This document shows positions 10,061 through 19,114 of a stretch of 49,193 nt of DNA, in pieces (within the stretch, counting starts at the first letter, position 1; every line of letters begins with the position of its first letter). The notes under the pieces were generated by a model. It did not search any database. It had not been told where the DNA came from and saw only the letters and a program-made list of their open reading frames with translations. This DNA comes from a virus (Duplodnaviria > Heunggongvirae > Uroviricota > Caudoviricetes), in IMG/VR virus record IMGVR_UViG_3300045988_148039, one strand, 5' to 3'. The position numbers and the translations under genes are program-made.

Positions 10061-10516
10061 TTATATCCTTCCATTCATTTTTATCGGATGACCAGATAGC
10101 CTTACGCAGTTGAGCTGTAAAGCTCCGGTATCAACTAAATAATCAACTAACATGATTAGAGATTCATATTCAGCCAGACAGCTAACCTGACGCATTCGAC
10201 CGCCGTTGTTCTCCAGAATGTCGGCCACCTTTGCAGCCAACTCGCTTAGACAGGAGAACTTATTCCCATATATCGTTTTATACTCGCGCTTCTGGCATTC
10301 TTCGGCTTGCGGCTGGTTATCGAGAGCTATCAGCGACCGATAACTATCAAGGAAGTCCACAATCTCATTCAGGCACTCTTTGGCTGCCTCATCGTGACTT
10401 TTTCCGTATGCTTCATGGAGGACTTTCATCCTCATAATTGCTCCGTCACACATAATCGAAAGCGCGTAAAGCACATCACTAATCGCCATTTCTTTTTTGG
10501 TGCTTGTCGAAGGCAT
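10061..10516 (-). CDS. Hypothetical protein
   Basis: 151-aa ORF packed tightly in the minus-strand operon. Confidence 0.45.
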   Translation of the reverse strand: MPSTSTKKEMAISDVLYALSIMCDGAIMRMKVLHEAYGKSHDEAAKECLNEIVDFLDSYRSLIALDNQPQAEECQKREYKTIYGNKFSCLSELAAKVADILENNGGRMRQVSCLAEYESLIMLVDYLVDTGALQLNCVRLSGHPIKMNGRI

Positions 10517-10590
10517 CCCATGTTCTCCTTTGTCTGGATGTAAAAAAGCCCCGGCAATTGCCGAGGCTCGTTGTTCGTTATCGTTACGGT

Positions 10591-10788
10591 TTAATGCTCG
10601 CGTCGTCCGGCGACAACTTCGGATTTGTATTTCAGGTCGCCCAGCAAGAATTGCAGTTTAAGCATCTTTGCCGCCGTGTAGTTCCCTGATTCCACAACCT
10701 CTTTCATGAGGTCATAAACGGCCGCTACATCATCAGCCAGGAACTCTTTGCGTTGCTGCTCAGTCGCACGTTTGAAGGAAATACGCAT
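10591..10788 (-). CDS. Hypothetical protein
   Basis: 65-aa ORF whose start overlaps the stop of the upstream gene by 1 nt. Confidence 0.35.
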   Translation of the reverse strand: MRISFKRATEQQRKEFLADDVAAVYDLMKEVVESGNYTAAKMLKLQFLLGDLKYKSEVVAGRREH

Positions 10789-11057
10789 TACTCATCATCT
10801 CCTGCTGCACATACAACCTCACAAAAAACATCAGCGGAATGTTTCTCCTTGAACGAATGACGCTCAAAACCGCACTCAATATCAGGCGCAAAAACATCCA
10901 CCACATACGGTCTTTCAGAATGTTTGTTTTCCCAACGATAAACCGTAGTGACGTTGAAATGTTTTAACGCTTCACGGAACTCAACGCTGCCCGTCAGGTT
11001 TTTTGAGGTCAGGTATTGCAGGAGGTTTTTTACTACTTCACGGTCTTGTACTTTCAT
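10788..11057 (-). CDS. Hypothetical protein (first gene behind repeat cassette A)
   Basis: 89-aa ORF; ATG preceded by GGAGA inside the conserved leader. Confidence 0.45.
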   Translation of the reverse strand: MKVQDREVVKNLLQYLTSKNLTGSVEFREALKHFNVTTVYRWENKHSERPYVVDVFAPDIECGFERHSFKEKHSADVFCEVVCAAGDDE

Positions 11058-11065
11058 CGGGTTAT

Positions 11066-11173
11066 CTCCGGTTTAACCAGGGCGGGTATCGCTCGGTTTC
11101 GGGTATAACCATAGGAAATTTTTTCCCACCTGTAAAGCACTTTTTATATAAATCTATAATTATATAATTCTAT
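11066..11173 (-). promoter_or_regulatory. Conserved promoter/leader cassette, copy A (AT-rich palindromic motif plus ~75-nt leader ending in the RBS)
   Basis: Near-identical to 18236..18345 and 27641..27750; contains TATAAATCTATAATTATATAA and ends ...CCGGAGA just before the ATG at 11057. Confidence 0.7.
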
Positions 11174-11757
11174 GACATTTGCCAGAGAGCATCATGCAAC
11201 TGGATACCTCCGTTGCACTGGTTGCCCCAGCCATGCCAGCCATCAGGTAAATCACCGCGAGCAAACAGCTCAATACGAGGAACATCGCCTAACAGCTTTA
11301 CCAGCTTGTCACGGACCACATCAGGCTTCCGAGAATGCTCCAGACGAGGCGATGTAAACGACTGAATGATCCCCGCATCAAGACGGGTCGGCAGTTTGCC
11401 TTTTACCGCAAACAAGCAGTCTTCACTGTTTGCACGAGTCATATGCCCCATCCCCATCACCAGCTTATCTGGTTGTCGGCTACCACATTTGTTCCATGTG
11501 AAGCCCTTCATGGTCATCAGCCTGAATCCCCATGCTTTCACCACCAGCAACGCTTCTTCTGGCTGAGTCGGAACCCACCACATGGCCAACAAACACGATT
11601 CAGGATTAGCAAGCTGCCAGACAGGAATACGAGCAATCTCCTCAGCTTTCATCGTTGGATACTTAAAACCAGCTCCACGATTCCCATCCTTACACTTGTC
11701 TTTGTATTCCCAGGGGGGATCTGCATAAATCAGATTAAACAATGCAATTTCCTCCAT
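11170..11757 (-). CDS. MT-A70-family N6-adenine DNA methyltransferase
   Basis: 195 aa with N-terminal catalytic DPPW motif (LIYADPPWEY). Confidence 0.75.
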   Translation of the reverse strand: MEEIALFNLIYADPPWEYKDKCKDGNRGAGFKYPTMKAEEIARIPVWQLANPESCLLAMWWVPTQPEEALLVVKAWGFRLMTMKGFTWNKCGSRQPDKLVMGMGHMTRANSEDCLFAVKGKLPTRLDAGIIQSFTSPRLEHSRKPDVVRDKLVKLLGDVPRIELFARGDLPDGWHGWGNQCNGGIQLHDALWQMS

Positions 11758-12065
11758 GTTAATTGTGCCTCCGGCGCTTATCTCCGGCAGTCATAACGCT
11801 GGCCAGCTCTACAGCAAACACAACGAAAAGGGCACTAACCAGACTGATTAATACCCTTGCCTGTTGTGTGCCGGATATCGCCCGACAACGCTGTTTTGGT
11901 AACACGGCTACAGTTCCGTGCCGCTCCAGCTTTTACCCCTTTGCGGATAACAGGCCCTGCCTGTACTCACTAACCAACGGCTTCCCGAAATGTGCACCAG
12001 GCACGCATAAAGATGAGCACGAAGAAGTAACTCCACCGCGCTTATCTTTATGTGTGAGGGTGAAT

Positions 12066-12141
12066 TGGTGGCCCCTACCGGATTTGAACCGATGACCGTG
12101 CGATTATGAGTCGCCTGCTCTAACCACTAAGCTAAGGGGCC
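12066..12141 (-). tRNA. tRNA, anticodon CAT (Met, or lysidine-modified minor Ile2 given resemblance to E. coli ileX as I recall it)
   Basis: Reverse complement folds as a cloverleaf: 7-bp acceptor stem GGCCCCT/AGGGGCC, T-arm with TTCAAAT loop, anticodon loop CTCATAA, encoded 3' CCA. Confidence 0.8.
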
Positions 12142-12270
12142 ATATTTGATTTGTTTGTCTGGTGTGGCGCCGCGCACGAAAATCCCAGCCAATAAATTCA
12201 GGATTTTTGGGCGCGGCGGCATATCAGACAAACATGGTTGATGCGTGCGCCCATGAGAAAAGCGCATAGA

Positions 12271-12310
12271 ATGTTGTAACTATATATTTATATAATTATA
12301 GAAATATATA
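12271..12310. promoter_or_regulatory. AT-rich palindromic motif copy (TTATATAATTATAGAAAT) just downstream of the lysis genes
   Basis: Same motif family as in cassettes A-C, read directly. Confidence 0.4.
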
Positions 12311-12520
12311 TTACTTTCGGCAGTTGATTTCCCATGCCCTGTTATGAGCCAGAATATCTTTCTTTGTCTGGCGGTCCATAACATCGATGTCGTGATCAGT
12401 CAGGTAGATGGGCTTTACCCAATCACAGGCGGTATCAACCACCACCGGGACGCTTCCACGACTCCCGCAGCTCGCGATCAACATCGTCATCAGCCATATG
12501 GTTAACACTCTGCTGTACAT
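12311..12520 (-). CDS. o-spanin (Rz1-like outer-membrane lipoprotein)
   Basis: 69 aa with lipobox-like LIASC after a hydrophobic N-terminus; overlaps the 3' end of the i-spanin gene in another frame. Confidence 0.55.
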   Translation of the reverse strand: MYSRVLTIWLMTMLIASCGSRGSVPVVVDTACDWVKPIYLTDHDIDVMDRQTKKDILAHNRAWEINCRK

Positions 12521-12713
12521 TACCCACCTCTTTTGTCACTTCTATACGCCGCTCCGCAGTGGCTTTTACGGCGGCTGCATTCTCATTAATGCGCTGCTTT
12601 TCAGCTTCATCTTCGGCCTTTTCTCGCCCTTTCATACGACCAAAACCAAACGCGCCGAATGCAACCAATATAATTGTGCCAATAAATGACAACACGGCCT
12701 TCAAACCAGTCAT
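12435..12713 (-). CDS. i-spanin (Rz-like)
   Basis: 92 aa: N-terminal transmembrane segment then charged helical region; directly downstream of the endolysin. Confidence 0.55.
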   Translation of the reverse strand: MTGLKAVLSFIGTIILVAFGAFGFGRMKGREKAEDEAEKQRINENAAAVKATAERRIEVTKEVGNVQQSVNHMADDDVDRELRESWKRPGGG

Positions 12714-13252
12714 ACCACCACTCGCTCTTTCATCCAGCCGTAGACAAACGACTCATTAGCCTCGCGCTTCTCCGCCAACTCCAGATAGCGTTCGCCCTGC
12801 GTACAGTTCAGCGACGTCAGCATCACCCGTTCGCCGTCTTTTCCCCGATTCCCAAGATAAGCACGCAGCGCATTAATGGTACGTGGACCGATTCGTCCGT
12901 CTGCATCCAAATCGGGATACAGCTTCCCGCGCAGGTTGAACACATTCAGCCAGCGTTGAAGCATTTTTGACGCCACTGTTGGCCCCATGTTCACCCCCGT
13001 GTCACACAGCTCTGCGGCAATATCAGAGGATAATGCGGCCACCTGATCAAAGCGTGGTCCGTACCAGTAATCAGCCTCAAGGATTTCCAGTGCCTGTTCG
13101 CGGGTTAAATCGCGCATATCGCCACGGTATCCATGAGCACGGGCAGTGTTCTGAGTAATGCCCCACTTTGTTGGGCCTCCCTTGTCGTCAGGGTGATCCA
13201 CATAGCCGCCCTCTTTTCCAAGAACGCTGTTAAAAATCTCATCTTTGGTCAT
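12710..13252 (-). CDS. Endolysin (glycoside hydrolase family 108-like with peptidoglycan-binding domain)
   Basis: 180 aa with N-terminal EGGYVDHPDDKGGPTKWGIT motif; sits between holin-like and spanin genes. Confidence 0.8.
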   Translation of the reverse strand: MTKDEIFNSVLGKEGGYVDHPDDKGGPTKWGITQNTARAHGYRGDMRDLTREQALEILEADYWYGPRFDQVAALSSDIAAELCDTGVNMGPTVASKMLQRWLNVFNLRGKLYPDLDADGRIGPRTINALRAYLGNRGKDGERVMLTSLNCTQGERYLELAEKREANESFVYGWMKERVVV

Positions 13253-13535
13253 GATTAAACCCTAATGCGTCAACTATCCGCGCCAGATTGCCCCTGAAAT
13301 ACAGAACAACGATGCAGATAATCAGATTTCCAATAACCACCAGCCAGTGGGATTCTTGATAAAGACCGAACACATAACGGAAGGGAACATTGGCGTATAC
13401 AATGACGTAGATATAAGCCAGAAAGGAAACAAATGGACGATGCCTGGAGTCTTTCCGTCGATAAAGCATCAGCGCCATTACTATTACTGTGCAAAGCACC
13501 GCATTAATCAGTGCTGACGGGTCACTGCTTACCAT
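13239..13535 (-). CDS. Holin-like membrane protein (second membrane protein of the lysis cassette)
   Basis: Internal ATG at 13535 preceded by GGAGGGGG; three predicted hydrophobic helices. Confidence 0.45.
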   Translation of the reverse strand: MVSSDPSALINAVLCTVIVMALMLYRRKDSRHRPFVSFLAYIYVIVYANVPFRYVFGLYQESHWLVVIGNLIICIVVLYFRGNLARIVDALGFNHDQR

Positions 13536-13917
13536 TTGAACCCCCTCCACGTAAGCGGGAAAGCATTCCAAAGATGCTACCGAGATCCTGGCTGTTTACG
13601 AACGTGAGGATTTTAATGGTCAATGCAGCCACAATAACCGCACCAAGCGCATCCAGAGGACGATCGTTGTAGCTGGTCCATTTGGCAAGAAATGAGCCAA
13701 CTAACGGCGCTCCAATCACTCCAACAATGAACGATGTAAAGAAATAGCCAATCAGCTTGAGACGGCTAATATTCACCGCTGTAGCAACATAGAAAACAGC
13801 GCCAGCAAATGCCCCGAATACAACGCCGTAATCAATACCAGTTGCAATACCAAAAACACTGGCACCCATCAGGCCACCAGCAGCAACGGCCGTACCGGAA
13901 ATTGGTTCTGCTGACAT
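13522..13917 (-). CDS. Putative holin
   Basis: Start chosen at internal ATG 13917 with GAGGA RBS; Gly/Ala-rich multi-helix membrane protein upstream of the endolysin. Confidence 0.5.
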   Translation of the reverse strand: MSAEPISGTAVAAGGLMGASVFGIATGIDYGVVFGAFAGAVFYVATAVNISRLKLIGYFFTSFIVGVIGAPLVGSFLAKWTSYNDRPLDALGAVIVAALTIKILTFVNSQDLGSIFGMLSRLRGGGSNGKQ

Positions 13918-14106
13918 TGAAATCCTCGTTAAAAAAAAGCCCCGCCGAAAAGGCAGGGCTTCATAAAGCAACAAATTACGCGGTAATCGCTTAACGCAGT
14001 TTTACTACGTTAAATGAAACACTACACCCAGTTACCACCTAAAACAAGGTTTCTCCATAAAAAAAACCTTCAAAACGTGGTTAATCGATCAATAAAAAAA
14101 CAATAC

Positions 14107-14382
14107 TCACAGTAGTGCAGAAAAGAATAGCGGCTTAACTGCTTTCCTCACCTCACTAGCATACATCCCCGCAGCTATCTCAGTTGTGAACAAACGCCCT
14201 CCAACTAGCCATGCAACAGGTGCAGATGCCAGGGATGCCAATGCAATTTCATCGGTAGCAAGCTCTCTTTCAAGATACTCACGAAATCCGGGGTTAATAG
14301 TTACCGTATCCAACATTCTCTGGCGCGCCACCTTACGTTCACGAATATGGGCGATCAATTGCTCTTTGGTAAAAGTAGCCAC
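14107..14382 (-). CDS. Hypothetical protein
   Basis: 91-aa ORF, co-oriented. Confidence 0.35.
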   Translation of the reverse strand: MATFTKEQLIAHIRERKVARQRMLDTVTINPGFREYLERELATDEIALASLASAPVAWLVGGRLFTTEIAAGMYASEVRKAVKPLFFSALL

Positions 14383-14385
14383 AGG

Positions 14386-14886
14386 TTATCCCTTCCCATC
14401 TTTGACTGTGCGATCAGCTTTTTCGCGTTTATGGCTCTCATAAAACCATCGGTGAAGCTCCATTAGCTCTTTATCAATAGGCTCATATTCACGGTCAAAA
14501 TATGCCTGAGCATCTTTTTCATCTTCACTCGGTAACTCACCAGGACCAAACAAAGTGTTATAAATCCACATCAGTGCATTTTCTGCATTACCAGTTTCTC
14601 TCCATTCAATAATGGCAGCGCGCATAACCAGGAGGTTTTTGCCAAAGAACAGATCGAGTTCTTTAAATCGCTTACGAATATATTCGTTTTCGCCTTCAAG
14701 AGCTGCGATGCGCTTATCTTTGCCTTCCTGCTCGTCCAGTAGTGCCAGCATAGCCTCTGGAGTTGCTAAATCCTGCCAGTTATCTGACGTGTCGCTTGCA
14801 GTTCGCAGCATAATTTCTTCTTCTGCTGCCTCACGTAGCGCCAGTGTGTCGATGTTGCTCATTGTGCCTCCTCGATTTCGTCCCAT
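14386..14886 (-). CDS. Ead/Ea22-like protein (paralog)
   Basis: Shares N-terminal ALREAAE...LLALLDE with 15089..15616; assignment to the lambdoid ea22-like family is from memory. Confidence 0.45.
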   Translation of the reverse strand: MGRNRGGTMSNIDTLALREAAEEEIMLRTASDTSDNWQDLATPEAMLALLDEQEGKDKRIAALEGENEYIRKRFKELDLFFGKNLLVMRAAIIEWRETGNAENALMWIYNTLFGPGELPSEDEKDAQAYFDREYEPIDKELMELHRWFYESHKREKADRTVKDGKG

Positions 14887-15092
14887 TCCACCCAGGCATT
14901 CTCTCCATCAGCATCGATTTCACCTTTGTGACCGCATTTGGAACAGACGGCCTCATCACCCGCCCACAAAGAATCTTTGGTTACCGACCATCCTGTTACC
15001 TTGGCTTTGCCGTGCTGGCACTTAGGGCAATCATCAAGCCATTCGACTTCGACTGTTGAAGGACCAAATCCATGTTCAGTTCGGATGCTCAT
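14859..15092 (-). CDS. Small zinc-ribbon protein
   Basis: 77 aa with CPKC...CSKC cysteine pairs. Confidence 0.4.
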   Translation of the reverse strand: MSIRTEHGFGPSTVEVEWLDDCPKCQHGKAKVTGWSVTKDSLWAGDEAVCSKCGHKGEIDADGENAWVEWDEIEEAQ

Positions 15093-15616
15093 AACTGAAC
15101 TCCTTTGCGAATCTGGGCGGCTAACTCGTCACATATGTGCGTCAAAGAGCAAAGTTTGATTGATGGATGTTCGCGCATCATCTCTACCCCCTGTGCCCGC
15201 ACTTCAGACAGGAAAGCATCAGTGGCTGGAATGGGCTTTTGTGGTGATATAGCAATGCGAATTGTCTCAAGGTCTGGATCTGTTTCCGCTGCTGGCACCT
15301 TGATATAACCCATCTGCACCCCATTCATGATGAACCTGCGACGGTCATCACATATCGCCTTTAGCCCCGCATTCTCCGCCACCAGCGCCGCGAGTTTAGT
15401 CTCAAGCTCTGCAATTCGGCACATTGCATCAATATTTGTGTCCTCCAGCCGCTTAATTTCATCCAGTAGCGCCAGCACAACCTGCGGTGTGACCTTCATA
15501 CGAAACGCAAGCAATTTTTGCGGCGTTGCCACGACTTTTATTGCTTCTGCTGCCTCACGCAGTGCCTGGTAATTAATTTCGCTCACTGGTTGCCTCCTGA
15601 ATACGCTTAAACTCAA
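15089..15616 (-). CDS. Ead/Ea22-like protein (paralog)
   Basis: 175 aa with the same N-terminal motif and a coiled-coil-like middle. Confidence 0.45.
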   Translation of the reverse strand: MSLSVFRRQPVSEINYQALREAAEAIKVVATPQKLLAFRMKVTPQVVLALLDEIKRLEDTNIDAMCRIAELETKLAALVAENAGLKAICDDRRRFIMNGVQMGYIKVPAAETDPDLETIRIAISPQKPIPATDAFLSEVRAQGVEMMREHPSIKLCSLTHICDELAAQIRKGVQL

Positions 15617-16211
15617 TTACCCATACCCACGGGTTAGATAGCCAGTTCTCTTGCCCGTAAATACCGCGCCAGATATCACCAAAGCCAACGCGATAAACAG
15701 CTTCCGGCGGTGTAATCTTGTACGTCGCCGGAAATGCGCCTTCCGCTTTAGCATCTGCCTCGCTCATGTCATGCAGCCGTTCCACACGCACGTCGGTAAT
15801 TTCCAGCAAAATACGCGAAGCCCAGCGCGGCATGTGAATCGACGGGGTCCAGCCCTCAGCTGGCTTGCTACTATCTGAGTAATCAGCCTTGTAATCACAC
15901 AGTTCAGAAGCCAGAGAGACACCATCTTTGATTTCCTGAATGACATCGTTATCCAGCCAAAAAGCGTTGAATGTTTCACGGACCCATATGCGATCACCAA
16001 CGTTACCGAACGGGCATAAACCATGTTCCGGTGCATCCATAACGTGGGTATAGACACCATTGCGTTTCTTTGTCGGTTTACGGATAACCAGGCAGTTATC
16101 GGCCCTGACATTTTTTACAGGTCGGCGAGTCTGCGTTTTCCTTCCTTCGAGGATGGCCCGGACCATCTCATCGTTAAAAATCATGCCGCGCTCTTTCACT
16201 CTCCCTCCCAC
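15573..16211 (-). CDS. Hypothetical phage protein
   Basis: 212-aa ORF, no confident family. Confidence 0.45.
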   Translation of the reverse strand: MGGRVKERGMIFNDEMVRAILEGRKTQTRRPVKNVRADNCLVIRKPTKKRNGVYTHVMDAPEHGLCPFGNVGDRIWVRETFNAFWLDNDVIQEIKDGVSLASELCDYKADYSDSSKPAEGWTPSIHMPRWASRILLEITDVRVERLHDMSEADAKAEGAFPATYKITPPEAVYRVGFGDIWRGIYGQENWLSNPWVWVIEFKRIQEATSERN

Positions 16212-16507
16212 GTTTTCAGACTTTCACCACAAAACGGGCAAAATGAGACTCGAATAGGTGATTTAGAAAACTCACCGGAACGCAACATCACCAAATCAGG
16301 TCCACGGGTTAAACTCTCATTCCAGATTTTGTATAGCAGTAAGCCTTTTCTTACTGAGCATTCAGCATCGTGCTCAAGAGACTTTGCCAATGCAGCACAC
16401 GGCTCTATTCGATTGCCATTAATTCGACAATTTGATCCACTCACTTCAACTCCTCCCGACGACGTTCCTGAAGCTCTAGCATTGCGGCTCGGAAATCCTG
16501 CCACCAT
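16196..16507 (-). CDS. Hypothetical small protein with C-terminal CxxC (start uncertain)
   Basis: Only ORF covering the 16212..16440 gap; overlaps both neighbours, so the true start is probably internal. Confidence 0.25.
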   Translation of the reverse strand: MVAGFPSRNARASGTSSGGVEVSGSNCRINGNRIEPCAALAKSLEHDAECSVRKGLLLYKIWNESLTRGPDLVMLRSGEFSKSPIRVSFCPFCGESLKTWEGE

Positions 16508-16806
16508 TCCTCATCTGCAACGGGGGTGTTCCGCTCCAGCACCTTGTCCGCATCGGCGATCAGGTTTGCCAGACTCTTGTCTGAAATCTTCGTTACCGGA
16601 GTCGTTGGTTGCTCAACCTGCCCGATAGGTTTTATCGTGCTCAAAAGGAGGCGACGGCGGGAAAGTGGTGCCCCACAACGACGGCCATCTTCCTTGCGAT
16701 ATGTTTCTTTCGGACCAACACACCAGGTTGTCGGCGTTTCGCGCAACTTCACTCTTTTCTCACCATCATTGGTAATGATTATTCCGGTATGGGTTTTGAT
16801 GCTCAT
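16441..16806 (-). CDS. Hypothetical protein
   Basis: 121-aa ORF. Confidence 0.4.
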   Translation of the reverse strand: MSIKTHTGIIITNDGEKRVKLRETPTTWCVGPKETYRKEDGRRCGAPLSRRRLLLSTIKPIGQVEQPTTPVTKISDKSLANLIADADKVLERNTPVADEEWWQDFRAAMLELQERRREELK

Positions 16807-17105
16807 GCCACAGCCCCTCTCAACGGCTTAACTTTGGCTAATAAGGTGTTAAACAACATGGAGTTAGGATTCATGCCAAATGGCAATTCCGGTTTAGCGG
16901 AGTAGTACAGGCAACCATTTATTTTCCTGGTTGTTATCTGTCCTTCGGCAACCATGCTTCTCAGTCTGCAACGCATAGAGTTCTGCGACACACCAATGTG
17001 CTCCGCGATTACGTCCACTTTTGAACATGGGTGATCGGTCAGGAAATTAATCACATCTTGGGGGTTAATAATTTTGCGTTTCATTGTCGAGGCGTCCTTA
17101 TACAT
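16803..17105 (-). CDS. Putative winged-helix DNA-binding protein
   Basis: 100-aa ORF with HTH-like middle segment; AT-rich motif copy directly upstream. Confidence 0.45.
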   Translation of the reverse strand: MYKDASTMKRKIINPQDVINFLTDHPCSKVDVIAEHIGVSQNSMRCRLRSMVAEGQITTRKINGCLYYSAKPELPFGMNPNSMLFNTLLAKVKPLRGAVA

Positions 17106-17150
17106 TTATATAAATATATAATTCTATATACGGCGGGAGACATCCCGCCG
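17101..17150. promoter_or_regulatory. AT-rich motif copy plus GC hairpin (CGGCGGGA-gaca-TCCCGCCG)
   Basis: Read directly; lies between the stop of 17162..18229 and the start of 16803..17105. Confidence 0.4.
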
Positions 17151-17161
17151 TAGGCTTACTG

Positions 17162-18229
17162 TCAGGCTTTCAATAGCGATTCTTTCAGATATCGGGCATC
17201 AGCCAGGGCGTTTGGAGTAATCTTGCGAACCCATGCATTACGGGTTGGACTCCACTTAAAGGCGCGTGATTTAAGCAGCGAACGAATGTTTGCCTCTGGT
17301 TTGCCAGGGAAATAAAACAGGATGCGGTTATCCTCTGGATCTATCTCCATAGAAAAGCCGTCGTATTCTTCGCGCTGTGCTCCTGTTACAGACTTGACCG
17401 ATTCAAGCTCTTTAATACGGCTCTGTAGTCGTTTGATTTCGGCGTTATTGTTACTCAGTGAGTATGAAGGAAAGCCAATGTGCCCACAGAAATCTCCGGC
17501 CAGTAACTCTTTGGCTTCGCTTTCTGTAAACCTGAGATCGATTAATGCAGAAAGCTGCTGTAATTGGTCTTTTTTGTATTTGCGAATGACCTTATTTGCG
17601 GCCTTCATTTTGATGTGTGACTTCATGCAGCCTTGCAGCTTACGAAGCAACTTAAATAGCGCATCAGGATCATCAGACGAAACTCCATTACGGCCGACAC
17701 CTGCGGCTTTGCTCTCGTAGTGTGATGCTTTACTTTCGCATTCAACAAACGCTTTTCTGAATAACGCATCAGCTTTAGACAAACGGCGGCGATGGCCTTT
17801 CGCGCTATAATGGTCAACTAAAATCGGCTGGCCTAACGGGATCACATCCAACAGGTCATGCGCTCGCTTATGCGCCACCGCACCTTCTTTTCTGGCTTTT
17901 TCTGCACAAGCAATATATCGGGCAAGACGCGCGTTCTGGCGTTCCTGATAGGTATTTACGTAATCATCTCCGCGCTGCTGCTGTTCAAGCCATGCTTTGC
18001 GCAGCTTTTCTGTTACGTCTACCAACTCCGCAGGGATACAACCTGTTTGGGATTCATAAGAGTGACCATCCTCATAAAGACGTCCATCGTCTTCAACAAA
18101 GAAAAAGGTTTCGTGCTCATCGCTTTTGACCATACGGCCATTAACATGACGTAATCTATAGCCAGTATCAGTGCTTAACAGGCTGTTAGGGTTGTTGATC
18201 CAGTCAGAAATAATTACTTGTTTATTCAT
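17162..18229 (-). CDS. Hypothetical protein (first gene behind repeat cassette B)
   Basis: Start taken at internal ATG 18229 (MNKQVII...) preceded by GGAGA of the conserved leader; the longer ORF to 18283 would run into the leader. Confidence 0.5.
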   Translation of the reverse strand: MNKQVIISDWINNPNSLLSTDTGYRLRHVNGRMVKSDEHETFFFVEDDGRLYEDGHSYESQTGCIPAELVDVTEKLRKAWLEQQQRGDDYVNTYQERQNARLARYIACAEKARKEGAVAHKRAHDLLDVIPLGQPILVDHYSAKGHRRRLSKADALFRKAFVECESKASHYESKAAGVGRNGVSSDDPDALFKLLRKLQGCMKSHIKMKAANKVIRKYKKDQLQQLSALIDLRFTESEAKELLAGDFCGHIGFPSYSLSNNNAEIKRLQSRIKELESVKSVTGAQREEYDGFSMEIDPEDNRILFYFPGKPEANIRSLLKSRAFKWSPTRNAWVRKITPNALADARYLKESLLKA

Positions 18230-18235
18230 CAGATT

Positions 18236-18345
18236 TCTCCGGTTTAACCAGGGCGGGTATCGCTCGGTTTCGGGTATAACCATAGGAAATTTTTTCCCAC
18301 CTGTAAAGCACTTTTTTATATAAATCTATAATTATATATTTATAG
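18236..18345 (-). promoter_or_regulatory. Conserved promoter/leader cassette, copy B
   Basis: Near-identical to copies A and C; its AT-rich part extends into a longer near-palindrome ATCTATAATTATATATTTATAGAT. Confidence 0.7.
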
Positions 18346-18400
18346 ATTTTCCGATGTTCCCGATGTCTACAAATCACTAAAACAGCTCAAAATGACACTT

Positions 18401-18778
18401 TCACTCTCTTCTCTTTTTCAAGTAGTCGACAACATACGCCCTGGCCTTTGCCAGCTTCCGGCGATACTGTCTGAGACTAAGAGAAAGGGCGTGGGCTTTA
18501 TCAATATGCGGTGCATTTATGTCGAGGCCCCGAATCTCCCACGCCCCGTATTCAATTCGGACAACCAGCGCCGCAGTCTCATCAACTACCGTGAGGGCCG
18601 TCACCGCTCCCTCTATACTGGTTTCCAGTGAGTCATTTGGTGCACCGCCCCCTCCGGTAAACTGGCAGCGCGTAACCATCATCATTTCTAACATCGACGC
18701 GAAACCGCTACGGGCGTTGCAGCCATTGCGCACCCACAGCGCCCATAGCTCAAACAAGCTATCCAGATCGCGTCTCAC
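18401..18778 (-). CDS. Hypothetical protein (possible antiterminator Q-like, from position only)
   Basis: 125-aa ORF just upstream of cassette B; functional guess is positional. Confidence 0.3.
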   Translation of the reverse strand: MRRDLDSLFELWALWVRNGCNARSGFASMLEMMMVTRCQFTGGGGAPNDSLETSIEGAVTALTVVDETAALVVRIEYGAWEIRGLDINAPHIDKAHALSLSLRQYRRKLAKARAYVVDYLKKRRE

Positions 18779-18781
18779 TGT

Positions 18782-19114
18782 TCAGATCTCCCGTATCGTG
18801 ACGGGATAAAGCGCCTCTACCTGCTTTTTCTTCATGATGTAGACGTCTGTTCGCACACCTTTAGTGTCGACACAATCAATCGTCCCATCGTCATAAAACA
18901 CCATAAAATCAAGTTTATAAACGACACCACCTGGCAGATGAAAAGGCACCTGCATAAGAAACGTCACAACGCGGCCAGCTTTTCTCAGTAGCTTCAGTTC
19001 GCAGTAGTAATCAGCCTCTTTTTTGCTATCAAAAGCGATATCATCGACAACCGTTTTTTTATTGCCGTATTTGCTTTTCCTTGTCGCTGGTTTGCGAAAG
19101 CCGGTATATCTCAT
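18782..19114 (-). CDS. DUF1064-like phage protein
   Basis: 110 aa with KYGNKKT...FDSKKEADYYCELKLL pattern recalled for that family. Confidence 0.45.
   Translation of the reverse strand: MRYTGFRKPATRKSKYGNKKTVVDDIAFDSKKEADYYCELKLLRKAGRVVTFLMQVPFHLPGGVVYKLDFMVFYDDGTIDCVDTKGVRTDVYIMKKKQVEALYPVTIREI

Noticed and set aside
11763-12095. 110-aa plus-strand ORF
   Set aside because: Overlaps the minus-strand tRNA and the non-coding stretch; no supporting features.
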